A DNA stretch of 64,000 bases from Octopus sinensis (GCF_006345805.1 NC_043000.1:135098001-135162000), one strand, 5' to 3'; shown: positions 10,766 through 24,163, counted from the stretch's first letter. The notes: generated by a model not told the origin, from the sequence alone. Translations and numbers: made by a program.

Positions 10766-13700
10766 ACATATTTCTTTATTTCCCACAAGGAGCTAAACAT
10801 AGAGAGGGCAAACAAGGACAGTTAAAGGGGCTAAGTTGACGAAATACTGCTAAGCATTTCGCCCGGCGTGCTAACGTTTCTGCCCGCTCGCCGCCTTTGT
10901 GCATATTACTAGGATGGCAAAACAAGGACAGTTAAAGGGGCTAAGTTGACGAAATACTGCTAAGCATTTCGCCCGGCGTGCTAACGTTTCTGCCCGCTCG
11001 CCGCCTTTGTGCATATTACTAGGATGGCAAAACAAGGACAGTTAAAGGGGCTAAGTTGACGAAATACTGCTAAGCATTTCGCCCGGCGTGCTAACGTTTC
11101 TGCCCGCTCGCCGCCTTTGTGCATATTACTAGGATGGCAAAACAAGGACAGTTAAAGGGGCTAAGTTGACGAAATACTGCTAAGCATTTCGCCCGGCGTG
11201 CTAACGTTTCTGCCCGCTCGCCGCCTTTGTGCATATTACTAGGATGCAAACAAGGACAGTTAAAGGGGCTAAGTTGACGAAATACTGCTAAGCATTTCGC
11301 CCGCGTGCTAACGTTTCTGCCCGCTCGCCGCCTTTGTGCATATTATAGGATGGCAAAACAAGGACAGTTAAAGGGGTTAAGTTGACGAAATACTGCTAAG
11401 CATTTCGCCCGGCGTGCTAACGTTTCTGCCCGCTCGCCGCCTTTGTGCATATTACTAGGATGGCAAAACAAGGACAGTTAAGGGGCTAAGTGACGAAATA
11501 CTGCTAAGCATTTCGCCCGGCGTGCTAACGTTTCTGCCCGCTCGCCGCCTTTGTGCATATTACTAGGATGGCAAAACAAGGACAGTTAAAGGGGTTAAGT
11601 TGACGAAATACTGCTAAGCATTTCGCCCGGCGTGCTAACGTTTCTTCCCGCTCGCCGCCTTTGTGCATATTACTAGGATGGCAAAACAAGGACAGTTAAA
11701 GGGGTTAATTGACGAAATATGCTAAGCATTTCGCCCGGCGTGCTAACGTTTCTGCCCGCTCGCCGCCTTTGTGCATATTACTAGGATGGCAAAACAAGGA
11801 CAGTTAAAGGGGCTAAGTTGACGAAATACTGCTAAGCATTTCGCCCGGCGTGCTAACGTTTCTGCCCGCCTCGCCGCCTTTGTGCATATTACTAGGATGG
11901 CAAAACAAGGACAGTTAAAGGGGTTAAGTTGACGAAATACTGCCTAAGCATTTCGCCCGGCGTGCTAACGTTTCTGCCCGCTCGCCGCCTTTGTGCATAT
12001 TACTAGGATGGCAAAACAAGGACAGTTAAAGGGGCTAAGTTGACGAAATACTGCTAAGCATTTCGCCCGGCGTGCTAACGTTTCTGCCCGCTCGCCGCCT
12101 TTGTGCATATTACTAGGATGGCAAAACAAGGACAGTTAAAGGGGCTAAGTTGACGAAATACTGCTAAGCATTTCGCCCGGCGTGCTAACGTTTCTGCCCG
12201 CTCGCCGCCTTTGTGCATATTACTAGGATGGCAAAACAAGGACAGTTAAAGGGGCTAAGTTGACGAAATACTGCTAAGCATTTCGCCCGGCGTGCTAACG
12301 TTTCTGCCCGCTCGCCGCCTTGTGCATATTACTAGGATGGCAAAACAAGGACAGTTAAAGGGGCTAAGTTGACGAAATACTGCTAAGCATTTCGCCCGCG
12401 TGCTAACGTTTCTGCCCGCTCGCCGCCTTGTGCATATTACTAGGATGGCAAAACAAGGACAGTTAAAGGGGCTAAGTTGACGAAATACTGCTAAGCATTT
12501 CGCCCGGCGTGCTAACGTTTCTGCCCGCTCGCCGCCTTTGTGCATATTACTAGGATGGCAAAAACAAGGCAGTTAAAGGGGCTAAGTTGACGAAATACTG
12601 CTAAGCATTTCGCCCCGTGCTAACGTTTCTGCCCGCTCGCCGCCTTGTGCATATTACTAGGATGGCAAAACAAGGACAGTTAAAGGGGCTAAGTTGACGA
12701 AATACTGCTAAGCATTTCGCCCGCGTGCTAACGTTTCTGCCCGCTCGCCGCCTTTGTGCATATTACTAGGATGGCAAAACAAGGACAGTTAAAGGGGTTA
12801 AGTTGACGAAATACTGCTAAGCATTTCGCCCGGCGTGCTAACGTTTCTGCCCGCTCGCCGCCTTTGTGCATATTACTAGGATGGCAAAACAAGGACAGTT
12901 AAAGGGGCTAAGTTGACGAAATACTGCTAAGCATTTCGCCCGGCGTGCTAACGTTTCTGCCCGCTCGCCGCCTTTGTGCATATTACTAGGATGGCAAAAC
13001 AAGGACAGTTAAAGGGGCTAAGTTGACGAAATACTGCTAAGCATTTCGCCCGGCGTGCTAACGTTTCTGCCCGCTCGCCGCCTTTGTGCATATTACTAGG
13101 ATGGCAAAACAAGGACAGTTAAAGGGGTTAAGTTGACGAAATACTGCTAAGCATTTCGCCCGGCGTGCTAACGTTTCTGCCCGCTCGCCGCCTTGTGCAT
13201 ATTACTAGGATGGCAAAACAAGGACAGTTAAGGGGCTAAGTTGACGAAATACTGCTAAGCATTTCGCCCGGCGTGCTAACGTTTCTGCCCGCTCGCCGGC
13301 CTTTGTGCATATTACTAGGATGGCAAAACAAGGACAGTTAAAGGGGCTAAGTTGACGAAATACTGCTAAGCATTTCGCCCGGCGTGCTAACGTTTCTGCC
13401 CGCGCTCGCCGCCTTTGTGCATATTACTAGGATGGCAAAACAAGGACAGTTAAAGGGGCTAAGTTGACGAAATACGCTAGCATTTCGCCCGGCGAGCTAA
13501 CGTTTCTGCCCGCTCGCCGCCTTTGTGCATATTACTAGGATGGCAAAAAAAGGACAGTTAAAGGGGCTAAGTTGACGAAATACTGCTAAGCATTTCGCCC
13601 GGCGTGCTAACGTTTCTGCCCGCTCGCCGCCTTTGTGGCATTTCTAGGATGGCAAAACCAGGACAGTTAAAGGGGCTAGTTGACGAAATACTGCTAAGCA

Positions 13701-14390
13701 TTTCGCCCGGCGTGCTAACGTTTCTGCCCGCTCGCCGCCTTTGTGCATATTACTATAGAGGCAAAACAAGGACAGTTAAAGGGGTTAAGTTGACGAAATA
13801 CTGCTAAGCATTTCGCCCGGCGTGCTACGTTTCTGCCCGCTCGCCGCCTTTGTGCATATTACTAGGATGGCAAAACAAGGACAGTTAAGGGGCTAAGTTG
13901 ACGAAATACTGCTAAGCATTTCGCCCGGCGTGCTAACGTTTCTGCCCGCTCGCCGCCTTTGTGCATATTACTAGGATGGCAAAACAAGACAGTTAAAGGG
14001 GCTAAGTTGACGAAATACTGCTAAGCATTTCGCCCGGCGTGCTAACGTTTCTGCCCGCTCGCCGCCTTTGTGCATATTACTAGGATGGCAAAACAAGGAC
14101 AGTTAAAGGGGCTAAGTTGACGAAATACTGCTAAGCATTTCGCCCGGCGTGCTAACGTTTCTGCCCGCTCGCCGCCTTTGTGCATATTACTAGGATGGCA
14201 AAACAAGGACAGTTAAAGGGGTTAAGTTGATTACGTCGACCCCAGTGCGTAACTGGTACTTAATTTATCGACCCCGAAAGGATGAAAAGCAAAGTCGACT
14301 TCGGCGGAATATGAAACCTGAACGTAAAGACAGACGAAATATTGCTAAGCATTTCGCCCGGCGTGCTAACGTTTCTTCCAGCTCGCCGCC
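10766..14390 (-). repeat. Tandem array of ~31 x 110-bp monomers derived from an internally deleted SINE C plus 21 bp of flank, ending in a full-length SINE C
   Basis: Unit aaaacaaggacagttaaaggggctaagttgacgaaatactgctaagcatttcgcccggcgtgctaacgtttctgcccgctcgccgcctttgtgcatattactaggatggc. The undeleted copy is at ~14203-14390. Confidence 0.95.
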
Positions 14391-14402
14391 TTTGTGCATA
14401 TT

Positions 14403-14790
14403 TGATGGAAGCACTCTGTCGGTTACGACGATGAGGGTTCCGGTTGATCCGAATCAACGGAACAGCCTGCTCCTGAAATTAACGTGTAAGTGGCTGAGCA
14501 CTCCACAGACACGTGTACCCTTAACGTAGTCCTCGGGGATATTCAGCGTGACACAGAGAATGACAAGGCCGGCCCTTTGAAATACAGGTACAACAGAAAC
14601 AGGAAGTAAGAGTGAGAGAAAGTTGTGGTGAAAGAGTACAGCAGGGATCACCACCATCCCCTGCCGGAGCCTCGTGGAGCTTTTAGGTGTTTTCGCTCAA
14701 TAAACACTCACAACGCCCGGTCTGGGAATCGAAACCGCGATCCTATGACCGCGAGTCCGCTGCCCTAACCACTGGGCCATTGCGCCTCCA
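14403..14790 (-). mobile_element. SINE family B, full length, with TSD
   Basis: 14-bp TSD cctttgtgcatatt at 14389-14402 and 14791-14804. The tRNA head ggaggcgcaatggcccagtggttagggcagcggac is on the minus strand. Confidence 0.9.
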
Positions 14791-14816
14791 CCTTTGTGCA
14801 TATTACTAGGATGGCA

Positions 14817-15600
14817 ACACCGTTCAGGAGAATGTCTGGTTGGATTCTGATGTCATTCAGAACCAAGAAAAGGGATACAATCCAATTTCTTCGGAGAATA
14901 TTTGTTCTCGGCCTCCTAGACTACTGTACTAACAGTTGTCTCCTCCACAAAGCGTCAAACTAACAGCGAAACTCAAAGCAATCCAACGCCACTATACAAA
15001 AAAGTTTGTGCCGATGTAACAGATAAGCTGAAATATCCTGGATGGATTGTCCCCAGTTGATGCGAAGCCGTATCCAACCTCGGACCACGTGGTTGATTCA
15101 ATGAGCAATGCTATAAACTTAAGAACTTGTACTTGGCAATCCGTCGCTTACGATGACGAGGGTTCCGGTTGATCTGATCAATAGAACCGCCTGCTCGTGA
15201 AATTAATGTGCAAGTGGCTGAGGACTCCACAAACATGCATACTCCTAACATAGTTCTCAGAGAGATTCAGTGTGACACAGAATGTGACAAGACTGGCTCT
15301 TTGAAATACAACTTTAGGATTGAAAGCAGTACCAACCACCGAACTTGATGCCACTGTATAGTACCTAATATCCTGTCCTTTCCATCTGGAGTCAGCACGC
15401 GGCACTTTTACAGCTTAGAATTCAAATACCCACAACTTTTCAACATTCTGCCTAATAGACTCATAGTTCTGCAAGGAGTAGCTGTAGATGACTTCATGAC
15501 TTCAAAAAACATTTGGGTAAATTTTAATCTGTGTACCGCATGAGCTTACACCGCGGTAGGAAACACAAAGAGTAGCTGTGTCCAAATTCCTAATCTGCTA
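14817..15600 (+). mobile_element. LINE (CR1/L2 group) ORF2 C-terminal remnants, interrupted
   Basis: RRMSGWILMSFRTK...VLGLLDYC (14817-15050) and GVSTRHFYSLEFKYPQLFNILPNRLIVLQGVAVDDF (~15388-15500) resemble post-RT LINE motifs. Contains frameshifts and stops. Confidence 0.6.
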
Positions 15601-15694
15601 GATACTGATCTGGAAAAATAAGCCGAAACGTGGGTATTAAATTAAAAGCAATTACATTAAAGACGGTATTGCAGCACGGCCGCAGATTTTGCCT

Positions 15695-15869
15695 GAAAAT
15701 ATTCATGGAAGATGCGCCGATGGAACCGTGACTGGCTCGCTATCTCCAGCGAACTGGCGTAGGACCGTCGTGCGTGGGCTGCCATGGTTCGAGATGCCTC
15801 GAGGGTGGTGGAAGAAGCCGACTCAACCCACCCAGGGTGAATTTCGCCACAAGTACAAGTACAAGTAAG
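15695..15869 (+). mobile_element. RTE-clade LINE 3' end
   Basis: The segment gaccgtcgtgcgtgggctgccatggttcgagatgcc encodes DRRAWAAMVRDA, followed by tcaacccacccagggtgaatttcgcca and a (CAAGTA)3 tail. Confidence 0.7.
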
Positions 15870-15914
15870 TTTTGCCTGAAACCAGTGAAGTACTCACACA
15901 CGCAAGCACACAAG

Positions 15915-16517
15915 CACATGCACGCACATACATACATACACACGCACGCGAGCACACACACACACATACATACACACATACATACATACATACATACATA
16001 CATACATACATACATACATACATACATACATGCATACAAACATACATACATACATACATACATACATACATACACACATACATACATACACACATACATA
16101 CCATACATACATACATACATACATACATACATACATGCATGCATACAAACATACATACATACATACATGCATGCATACATGCATACATACATACATACAT
16201 ACCTACATACATACATACATACACACATACACACACACATACATAAAACATACATACATACACACACACATACATACATACATACATACATACCCACACA
16301 CATACATACATACATACATACATACATACATACCACATACACACACACACATACATACATACATAATACATACACCACAACACACATACTACATACATAC
16401 ATACACACACACATACATACAAATACATACATAACATACAACATACCACACCCACAACATACATACATACATACATACACAAACACACATACATACATAC
16501 ATACATACATACATACA
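15915..16517. repeat. Compound (TACA)n/(CA)n microsatellite
   Basis: Directly visible. Source of several spurious HTYI/MYVC ORFs. Confidence 0.97.
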
Positions 16518-16689
16518 TGTGACGATCTTCGGAGTTACCGTCAATCGAATTTCTTCATATCGTGTTAGTCACTAGATGTCATTGTAGAAAAGATCGTCCC
16601 CGGTTGATGCGAAGCCGTATCCAACCTCGGACCACGTGGTTGATTCAATGAGCAACGCTATAAATTTAAGAACTTGTACCTGGCAATCC

Positions 16690-16985
16690 GTCGCTTACGA
16701 TGACGAGGGTTCCGGTTGATCTGACCAACGGAACAGCCTGCTCGTGAAATTAATGTGCAAGTGGCTGAGGACTCCACAAACATGCGTACTCCTAACATAG
16801 TTCTCAGAGAGATTCAGCGTGACACAGAATGTGACAAGACTGGCACTTTGAAATACAAGTACTACTCATTTTTGAACTGGTTCAATGTGAAATAATAAAG
16901 TGCCTTGCTCAAGGACACAACGCGCTGCCGAGAATCGAACTCACGATGTTATGATTGTGAATCGAACACCCTAACCACTAAGTAG
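16690..16985 (-). mobile_element. SINE with D-type head and a tail shared with the family B copy at 14403 (tail part also at ~15135-15312)
   Basis: cttacgatgacgagggttccggttgatc...gtgacacagaatgtgacaag tail, plus ccttgctcaaggacacaacgcg...gaatcgaactcacg head on the minus strand. Confidence 0.7.
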
Positions 16986-17026
16986 GAAAAAAAACAGCAT
17001 TATTTTATTTTTCTTTCGCCCAGTTG

Positions 17027-18009
17027 CAATTCTTTTCTACTCTAGGCACAAGGCCAGAAAGTTTTGGAGAATGGGCCTGTCGATTAGATTGACCCCAGTA
17101 CACAACTGGAACTTAATTTATCGACCCTGAAAGGATGAAAGGCAAAGCCGACCTCGGCGGAATTTGAACTCAGAACCTAAAGACAGATGAAATACCGCTA
17201 AGCATTTCACCGGGCGTGCTAACGTTTTTTTTTTTCTACTCTAGGCACAAAGCCCGAAATTTTGGAGGAAGATAGTCGTTTAGATCGACCTCAGTACGCA
17301 ACTGGTACTTAATTTATCGACCCCGAAAGGATGAAAGGCAAAGTCGACCTCGGCGGAATTTGAACTCAGAACGTAACAGCAGACGAAATACCTATTTCTT
17401 TACTACCCACAAGGAGCTAAACACAGAGAGGACAAACAAGGACAGACAAACGGATTAAGTCGATTATATCGACCCCAGTGTGTAACTGGTACTTATTTAA
17501 TTGACCCCGAAAGGATGAAAGGCAAAGTCAACCTCGGGGGAATTTGAACTCAGAACGTAGCAGCAGATGAAATACTGCTAAGCGTTCCGCCCGGCGTGCT
17601 AACATTTCTTATTTCTTTACTACCCAAAAGGGGCTAAACATAGAGAGGACAAACAAGGACAGACAAAGGAATTAAGTTGATCACATCTACCCCAATGCCT
17701 AACTGGTACTTAATTTATCGACCCCGAAAGGATGAAAGGCAAAGTCGACCTCGGCGGACTTTGAACTCAGAATGTAACGGCAGATGAAATACCGCTAAGC
17801 ATTTCGCTCGGCGTGCTTACGTTCTTATTTCTTTATTGCCCACAAGGGGCTAAACATAGAAGGGACCGTAACGTGTACTTAATTTATCGACCCCGAAAGG
17901 ATGATAGGCAAAGTCGACCTCGGCGGAAGTTGAACTCTGAACGTAACGGCAGACGAAATAACGCTAAGCATTTCGCCCGGCGTGCTAACGTTTCTGCCAG
18001 CTCGCCGCC
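17027..18009 (-). mobile_element. Five head-to-tail SINE C units inside one TSD
   Basis: 12-bp direct repeat ttcgcccagttg at 17015-17026 and 18010-18021. Only the rightmost unit has a complete head. Confidence 0.85.
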
Positions 18010-18349
18010 TTCGCCCAGTTGATATTAAGCTTGATACTAAACTAGCGGCTCCACACACATTCACCCTTCTCTGCTCACAGTCGCTAAGACGAGCAAACAC
18101 TCGTAATCACTATAAACACATAAGAGTAAATAGACGCAGGTGCGAGGGCACACGTATGCACACCAGCTCCAACTTAAACAGTCATATTCACGGAAGCACA
18201 CACGTGTAAACATATGCAGGTGCTAGAGCACACGTTTGTGTTCCTGACTAACAAAGACACATACATAAACACACACGAGCATATATACGTACATGCATGT
18301 GAATGTATACATTTGCATACACCCATAACATACGAATGCACAAACTCAT

Positions 18350-18690
18350 ACATACATACATACATATATACATACATACATATACAAACACACACATATA
18401 CAAACATACATACATACATACATACATACATACATACATACATACATACATAGATGCATACATACATACATACGTACATACGTACATACGTACATACGTA
18501 CATACGTACATACGTACATACGTACATACGTACATACGTACATGCGTACATACGTACATGCGTACATGCGTACATACGTACATGCGTACATACGTACATA
18601 CGTACATACGTACATACGTACATACGTACATACGTACATACGTACATACGTACATACATACATACATACATACGTACATACGTACATAAC
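18350..18690. repeat. (TACA)n to (TACG/TACA)n octamer microsatellite
   Basis: catacata repeats shift to catacgta repeats. Confidence 0.95.
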
Positions 18691-18893
18691 ATACTTGTTT
18701 TATGGTTTGTTCGCGCGTAAATATTCACTACATTAAAACACTTTTACGTGCATATACATATATACACTTGCACAAACGCACACACCTACACATACGCACA
18801 CGTGCGCACTCGCACACACATTGTATGCAAAACACACACACAACGCACACTCAGACCATCACACGCACACACTCAGACCATCACACTCACACA

Positions 18894-18951
<58 letters not shown>

Positions 18952-19060
18952 TACATGATCACGCACATACAAAGAAATAAATATATGCACATGTAGACCC
19001 ATTCACACAATCACAGAAACAAAATTAATATTTTTGGGTGCACATTCATTCAAGCAGTGG

Positions 19061-19375
19061 AGGTGCAATGGCCCAGTGGTTAGGGCAGCGGACTCGCGGT
19101 CGGAGGATCGCAGTTTCGATTCCCAGACCGGGCGTTGTGTATGTTTATTGAGCGAAAACACCTAAAAGCTCTACGAATCTCAGGTAGGGGGTGGTGGCGA
19201 CCCCTGTTGTACTCTTTCGCCCCAACTTTCTCTCACTCTCTCTTCCTGTTTCTTGAGTAACGCTGCGATAGACTGGCGTCCCGTCCAGCTGGGGGGAACA
19301 CATACGCCACTGAACCAGGGAAACCGAGCCCATGAGCCTGGATAGGCTTGAAAAGGGCGCATAAATAAATAAAAA
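19061..19375 (+). mobile_element. SINE family B (tail ...aaaagggcgcataaa)
   Basis: Head ggaggtgcaatggcccagtggttagggcagcggactcgcgg with A-rich 3' end. Confidence 0.9.
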
Positions 19376-19565
19376 TGCATTCAAACACACAAACAAATGC
19401 ATAAAATGCACGTCCTTAAGTGAGCAAGTTCACACGCACATTCACACACACGCACACACGAGAGCACATGCGCATGCATCGATGCGCAAACTCGTACGTT
19501 AACACATTCACACCCACATATACACACAAACGTATCACAGACGCACAAACACTAGCTATTAGTGT

Positions 19566-19880
19566 TGTTTTTTTATGCGCCCTTTTCAAGCCTAGCCAGG
19601 CTCATGGGCCCGTTTTCCCTGTTTCTGTGGCGTATGTGTTCCCTTCCAGCTGGACGGGACGCCAGTCCATCGCATCGTTACCCAAGAAACAGGAAGTAAG
19701 AGTGAGAGAAAGTTGGGGCGAAAGAGTACAAAAGGGGTCGCCACCACCCCCTGCCGGAGCCTCGTGGAGCTTCTAAATGTTTTCGCTCAATAAACACACA
19801 CAACGCCCGGTCTGGGAATCGAAACCGCAATCCTCCGACCGCGAGTCCGCTGCCCTAACCACTGGGCCAGTGCGCCTCCA
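19566..19880 (-). mobile_element. SINE family B with TSD, inverted relative to 19061-19375
   Basis: 12-bp TSD agctattagtgt at 19554-19565 and 19882-19893. Confidence 0.9.
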
Positions 19881-20199
19881 CAGCTATTAGTGTGCAAAGA
19901 CAAATAAAGCCACCCCCAACCGCGACCATGTAGGAGACTGCTCACTCGTTTACCCACTCACTCATCCGCTCCCTCTCTATTTGACCTTTTATCGTTCGCT
20001 TTCTCAAATACATATTACATGTTCAAATACATAGTGATATACGCACACATACACATAAGGGCATAGAGGTATACACACATAAACACACGTGCACATACAC
20101 ACACAAATACAAAAATGCCCAGACATACACAAATATAGAAACGAACACAAACGCATAGACACACATAAATGTCCTCGCGCATGAACACACACATGCGCG

Positions 20200-20922
20200 C
20201 ACACGCACACACACACACACACAATACGTTATCTCTCTCTCTCTCTCCCTTACTCTAACGCAGACACACACACACACTCTCGCCTTCTCTCACACATACA
20301 CACACTCTCTCTCCCTGTCTCTCACATATACACGCACTCTCTCTCCCTGTCTCTCACGCACACACACACTCTCTTTCCCTCTCTCTCACGCACACATACA
20401 CACACTCTCTCCCTCTTTCACACACACACACACACATACACACTCTTTCCCTCACACACATATACTAACTCTCTGTTTCTCGCACACACACATTCACTCT
20501 CTTCCTTTCTCTAACACACACACACACACATCCACTCTCTCTCACACAGATTCTCTCTCTTTCTCTCTCTCTCTCTCCCTCGCTCTCTTTCTCACACATA
20601 CATCTACACAAACACAAATACAAATACAAATGTGTAAGAAGCGAATACAGATCCATAGACATACATAAATACTCTCAACGCGTGTACACACACACAACGA
20701 CAACAACAACATCAACAACGCACAAATACACTCACACAATTCAATGACACGTACATGAAATTACAAGCCCACGTATAGCACACATATACACAGCTTTACA
20801 CACAGAACCTCATGTTCACACGCGGCCACATGAAAGCGCAAATGCATAGACATATACACGTGCACACACGAACACACACAGACACAGACACACACAAACA
20901 CACACACACTCACACACACACA

Positions 20923-20958
<36 letters not shown>

Positions 20959-20975
20959 CATTCACACACAGACAA

Positions 20976-21008
<33 letters not shown>

Positions 21009-21047
21009 CATTCACACACAGACAAACACACACAAACACACAAACAC

Positions 21048-21122
<75 letters not shown>

Positions 21123-21124
21123 AA

Positions 21125-21168
<44 letters not shown>

Positions 21169-21170
21169 GG
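20200..21170. repeat. Degenerate (CA)n/(CT)n low-complexity tract
   Basis: Directly visible. Confidence 0.9.
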
Positions 21171-21542
21171 AATACATATAGATACACACATAGGGACAGT
21201 GACGAATACACGCACGGTCTCACACACAGCAAAGCACAATGATCTTCCCACACACATCCTTGTCCCAATTAAGAATATTTCAAGTGAATCCCAAACGTCT
21301 GAAAAGCAAGAACCAGAAAATTGGTTCCTGTCACCAATAAATAAACAAAGAACAAATAAATAGATAATAGAATGGACGAACGAAGAGAGAGGGAGAGAGA
21401 ATGAGGGACAGACAGAGTCTACGAGAAACGGAGAGAGGCAAAAAAACAAACGAGCAGACAGACAGACAGAATGATGGCGAAGTGAAAAGAGCGTTCAGAC
21501 AATGAGACAAAATATGTAACTGGAAGTTAAACTGTGATATAT

Positions 21543-21957
21543 GGCGCAGGAGTGGCCGTGTGGTAAGTAGCTTGCTAACCAACCACATGGTTCCGGGTTC
21601 AGTCCCACTGCGTGGCAACTTGGGCAAGCGTCTTCTGCTATAGCCCCGGCCCGACCATTGCTTTGTGAGTGGATTTGGTAGGCGGAAACTGAAAGAAGCC
21701 TGTCGTATATATGTATATATATGTATGTGTGTGTGTGTTTGTGTGTCTGTGTTTGTCCCCCTATCATTGCTTGACAACCGATGCTGGTGTGTTTACGTCC
21801 CCGTCACTAAGCGGTTCGGCAAAAAGAGACCGATAGAATAAGTACTGGGCTTACAAAGAATAAGTCCCGGGGTCGATTTGCTCGACTAAAGGCGGTGCTC
21901 CAGCATAGCCGCAGTCAAATGACTGAAACAAGTAAAAGAGTAAAAGAGTAAAAAAGA
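21543..21957 (+). mobile_element. SINE family A, full length
   Basis: ggcgcaggagtggccgtgtgg head through the (gtaaaaga)n tail. Confidence 0.92.
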
Positions 21958-22134
21958 ATTATATATATATATATATACCACGACACTCAACAGATGAAAG
22001 GAGGACTATAAATCATATAGGCTACAAATAACAAGTATATAAAAACGTATGCAAATACGCAGTCATATTGTGTGTGTGTATAAAGACACACGCACATATA
22101 ATTTATTTGGTCGACTGACCTAGAGGCCATTCAG

Positions 22135-23293
22135 GGATCTTTTCTATTTTGAGGCCAGTTTTTTCAAATTTTTCCTACTGAACCAAACAATTTGAAACTT
22201 CGTATACTGGTAGAATGTGTCAAAAGTAAACTTAATTGTAAACCAGAATGAAAACGGAATTGTAACTTCTAAGTTTAACGTTGTTTAATAATTAGAATTT
22301 AACCAATGATATTCCGTCATTCGGCTTTATTTTATTACTCCGTCTCGACCACCAATTTCGTGACCGTATTTAACATCTTAAATGTAAACAAGTCAGCCAC
22401 TTCTAATAACAATATTTAAAACTAGTTAATAAGCCACATGTATTAAATTGAAAATGTTTCCATTCTGTATGTCTGCAGGTATGTGTGTGTGTATGTATGT
22501 GTAGATGTGGTGTGTGTATGTATGTGTGTGTGTGTATGTATGTATAGCCGATTCATCGTAATCGTAATTACGATGAATTGGCCATACATACATAGATACA
22601 CAACACAAATACATGCAGACATACATATACACATACACCGAGTAAAAAATTTCAGTTATCTCTCTCTTTCACACATTACTCTCTCTGTCTCTTCACACAC
22701 ACTAACAGAAGCACTTCACTTACACAACATACTGTCTCCCACACCCCCCCATCAAACACACACACACACACACATGTACATCAATGCTTCCCCTAGACGG
22801 TAACTTCAAAGACAAACTTCCCTCGTCATAAAATCGCTTCCTCTTAGTCTCTTTCGCTCTCATTACTTATGTAAAAAAATTAAAGTTTTTTACGGAAATC
22901 GACGGAAAACTTGTGCTACGACAAGCGAAACTTCGCCGAAATTTAATATTAAAAAGCAAAGAGCTGGCAGAAACGTTAGCACGCCGGGCGAAATGCGTAG
23001 CCGTATTTCGTCTGCCGTGTTTGTTTACAGTTTTCCGAACGTTAGTACGTCACAAAAGCGCTTTCTACGTCACACTAATAGAATGCAGTCAAGTTTTACA
23101 CATGAAAACAAACAATCTGATTGGTTAAAATTCGCAGTTTTAATCTACGATTAAAGTCATAAAATAGATTTTTCTCAAATAAACTAGTTCCAACCTGTGT
23201 CTTGTTTTGCTAGACTCTATCAGCATACGAAGTTTCAGATTATTTAGTTAAGTAGAAAGATCTGTGGTCCTGGCTTCAGAATAGAAAAGATCC
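22135..23293. mobile_element. MITE, GGATCTTTTC family, with 8-bp TSD
   Basis: TIR ggatcttttctattttgaggccag / ctggcttcagaatagaaaagatcc. TSD ccattcag at 22127-22134 and 23294-23301. Interior carries later insertions. Confidence 0.75.
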
Positions 23294-23892
23294 CCATTCA
23301 GTAACCTGGGTTTCACGAAAACACGAAAATCTAAGTCGTCTGGATCGTTCTAAGTCGTCTGTAGCCCTGATCAAAGGCTTACATAGCGAACAGTGCAAGT
23401 CTTCTGATTGGTTGGAACAAATCTCGAGTAGGCTTTGGTTTTAGTGTGAGTTAGGGGAAGTAACTACTGTTGACAGAATGCAGTGGATAAATACATGATT
23501 CAAGTGTGATAAATCAATGTATTCGTTCGATCGGTTTCCTCATTGTTGCTTGTGTTCGCATATTTACATGTTCTTATAATGTGTGTGTGTGTGTGATGGA
23601 AGCCAACTCAATATTAAATGTAACCATTGCTTGTTAAGGATTTGCAAAGTGAAAATAACAGTTCAGCCCAGCTGATGATATACCACTTTCACAACATCAA
23701 TCACACAAACGTCTCTTCTTATTTAAATACAGAACAAAATCATATTTCATATTTTGACCAGACGTATGCCTTTGCAGAATTATCCTATAGAAAGAAAGCA
23801 TTTATTGCATAATTTTATTTATTTTGTTACGATTTTTGCGTTATCACCTCTGCTTTTTGTAATGAAAATCTTTTGATATATATATATATATA

Positions 23893-24107
23893 TCTTTACT
23901 GCACACAAAGGGGCTAAACATAGAAGGGACAAACAAGAACAGACAAAGGGATTAAGTCGATTACATCGACCCCAGTGCGAAACGGGTACTTTATTTATCG
24001 ACCCCGAAAGTATGGAAGGCAAAGTCGACCTCGGTGGAATTTGAACAGACGAAATACTGCTAAGCATTTCGCCCGGTGCGATAACGTTTCTGCCAGCTAG
24101 CCGCCTT
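23893..24107 (-). mobile_element. SINE family C
   Basis: Reverse-complement head and tail, with a small internal deletion. Confidence 0.88.
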
Positions 24108-24113
24108 ATTTTG

Positions 24114-24163
<50 letters not shown>

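Noticed and set aside
10766-14390. CRISPR-like appearance of the regular 110-bp array
   Set aside because: There are no unique spacers (monomers are identical end to end), the unit is SINE-derived, the context is eukaryotic and no cas genes are present.
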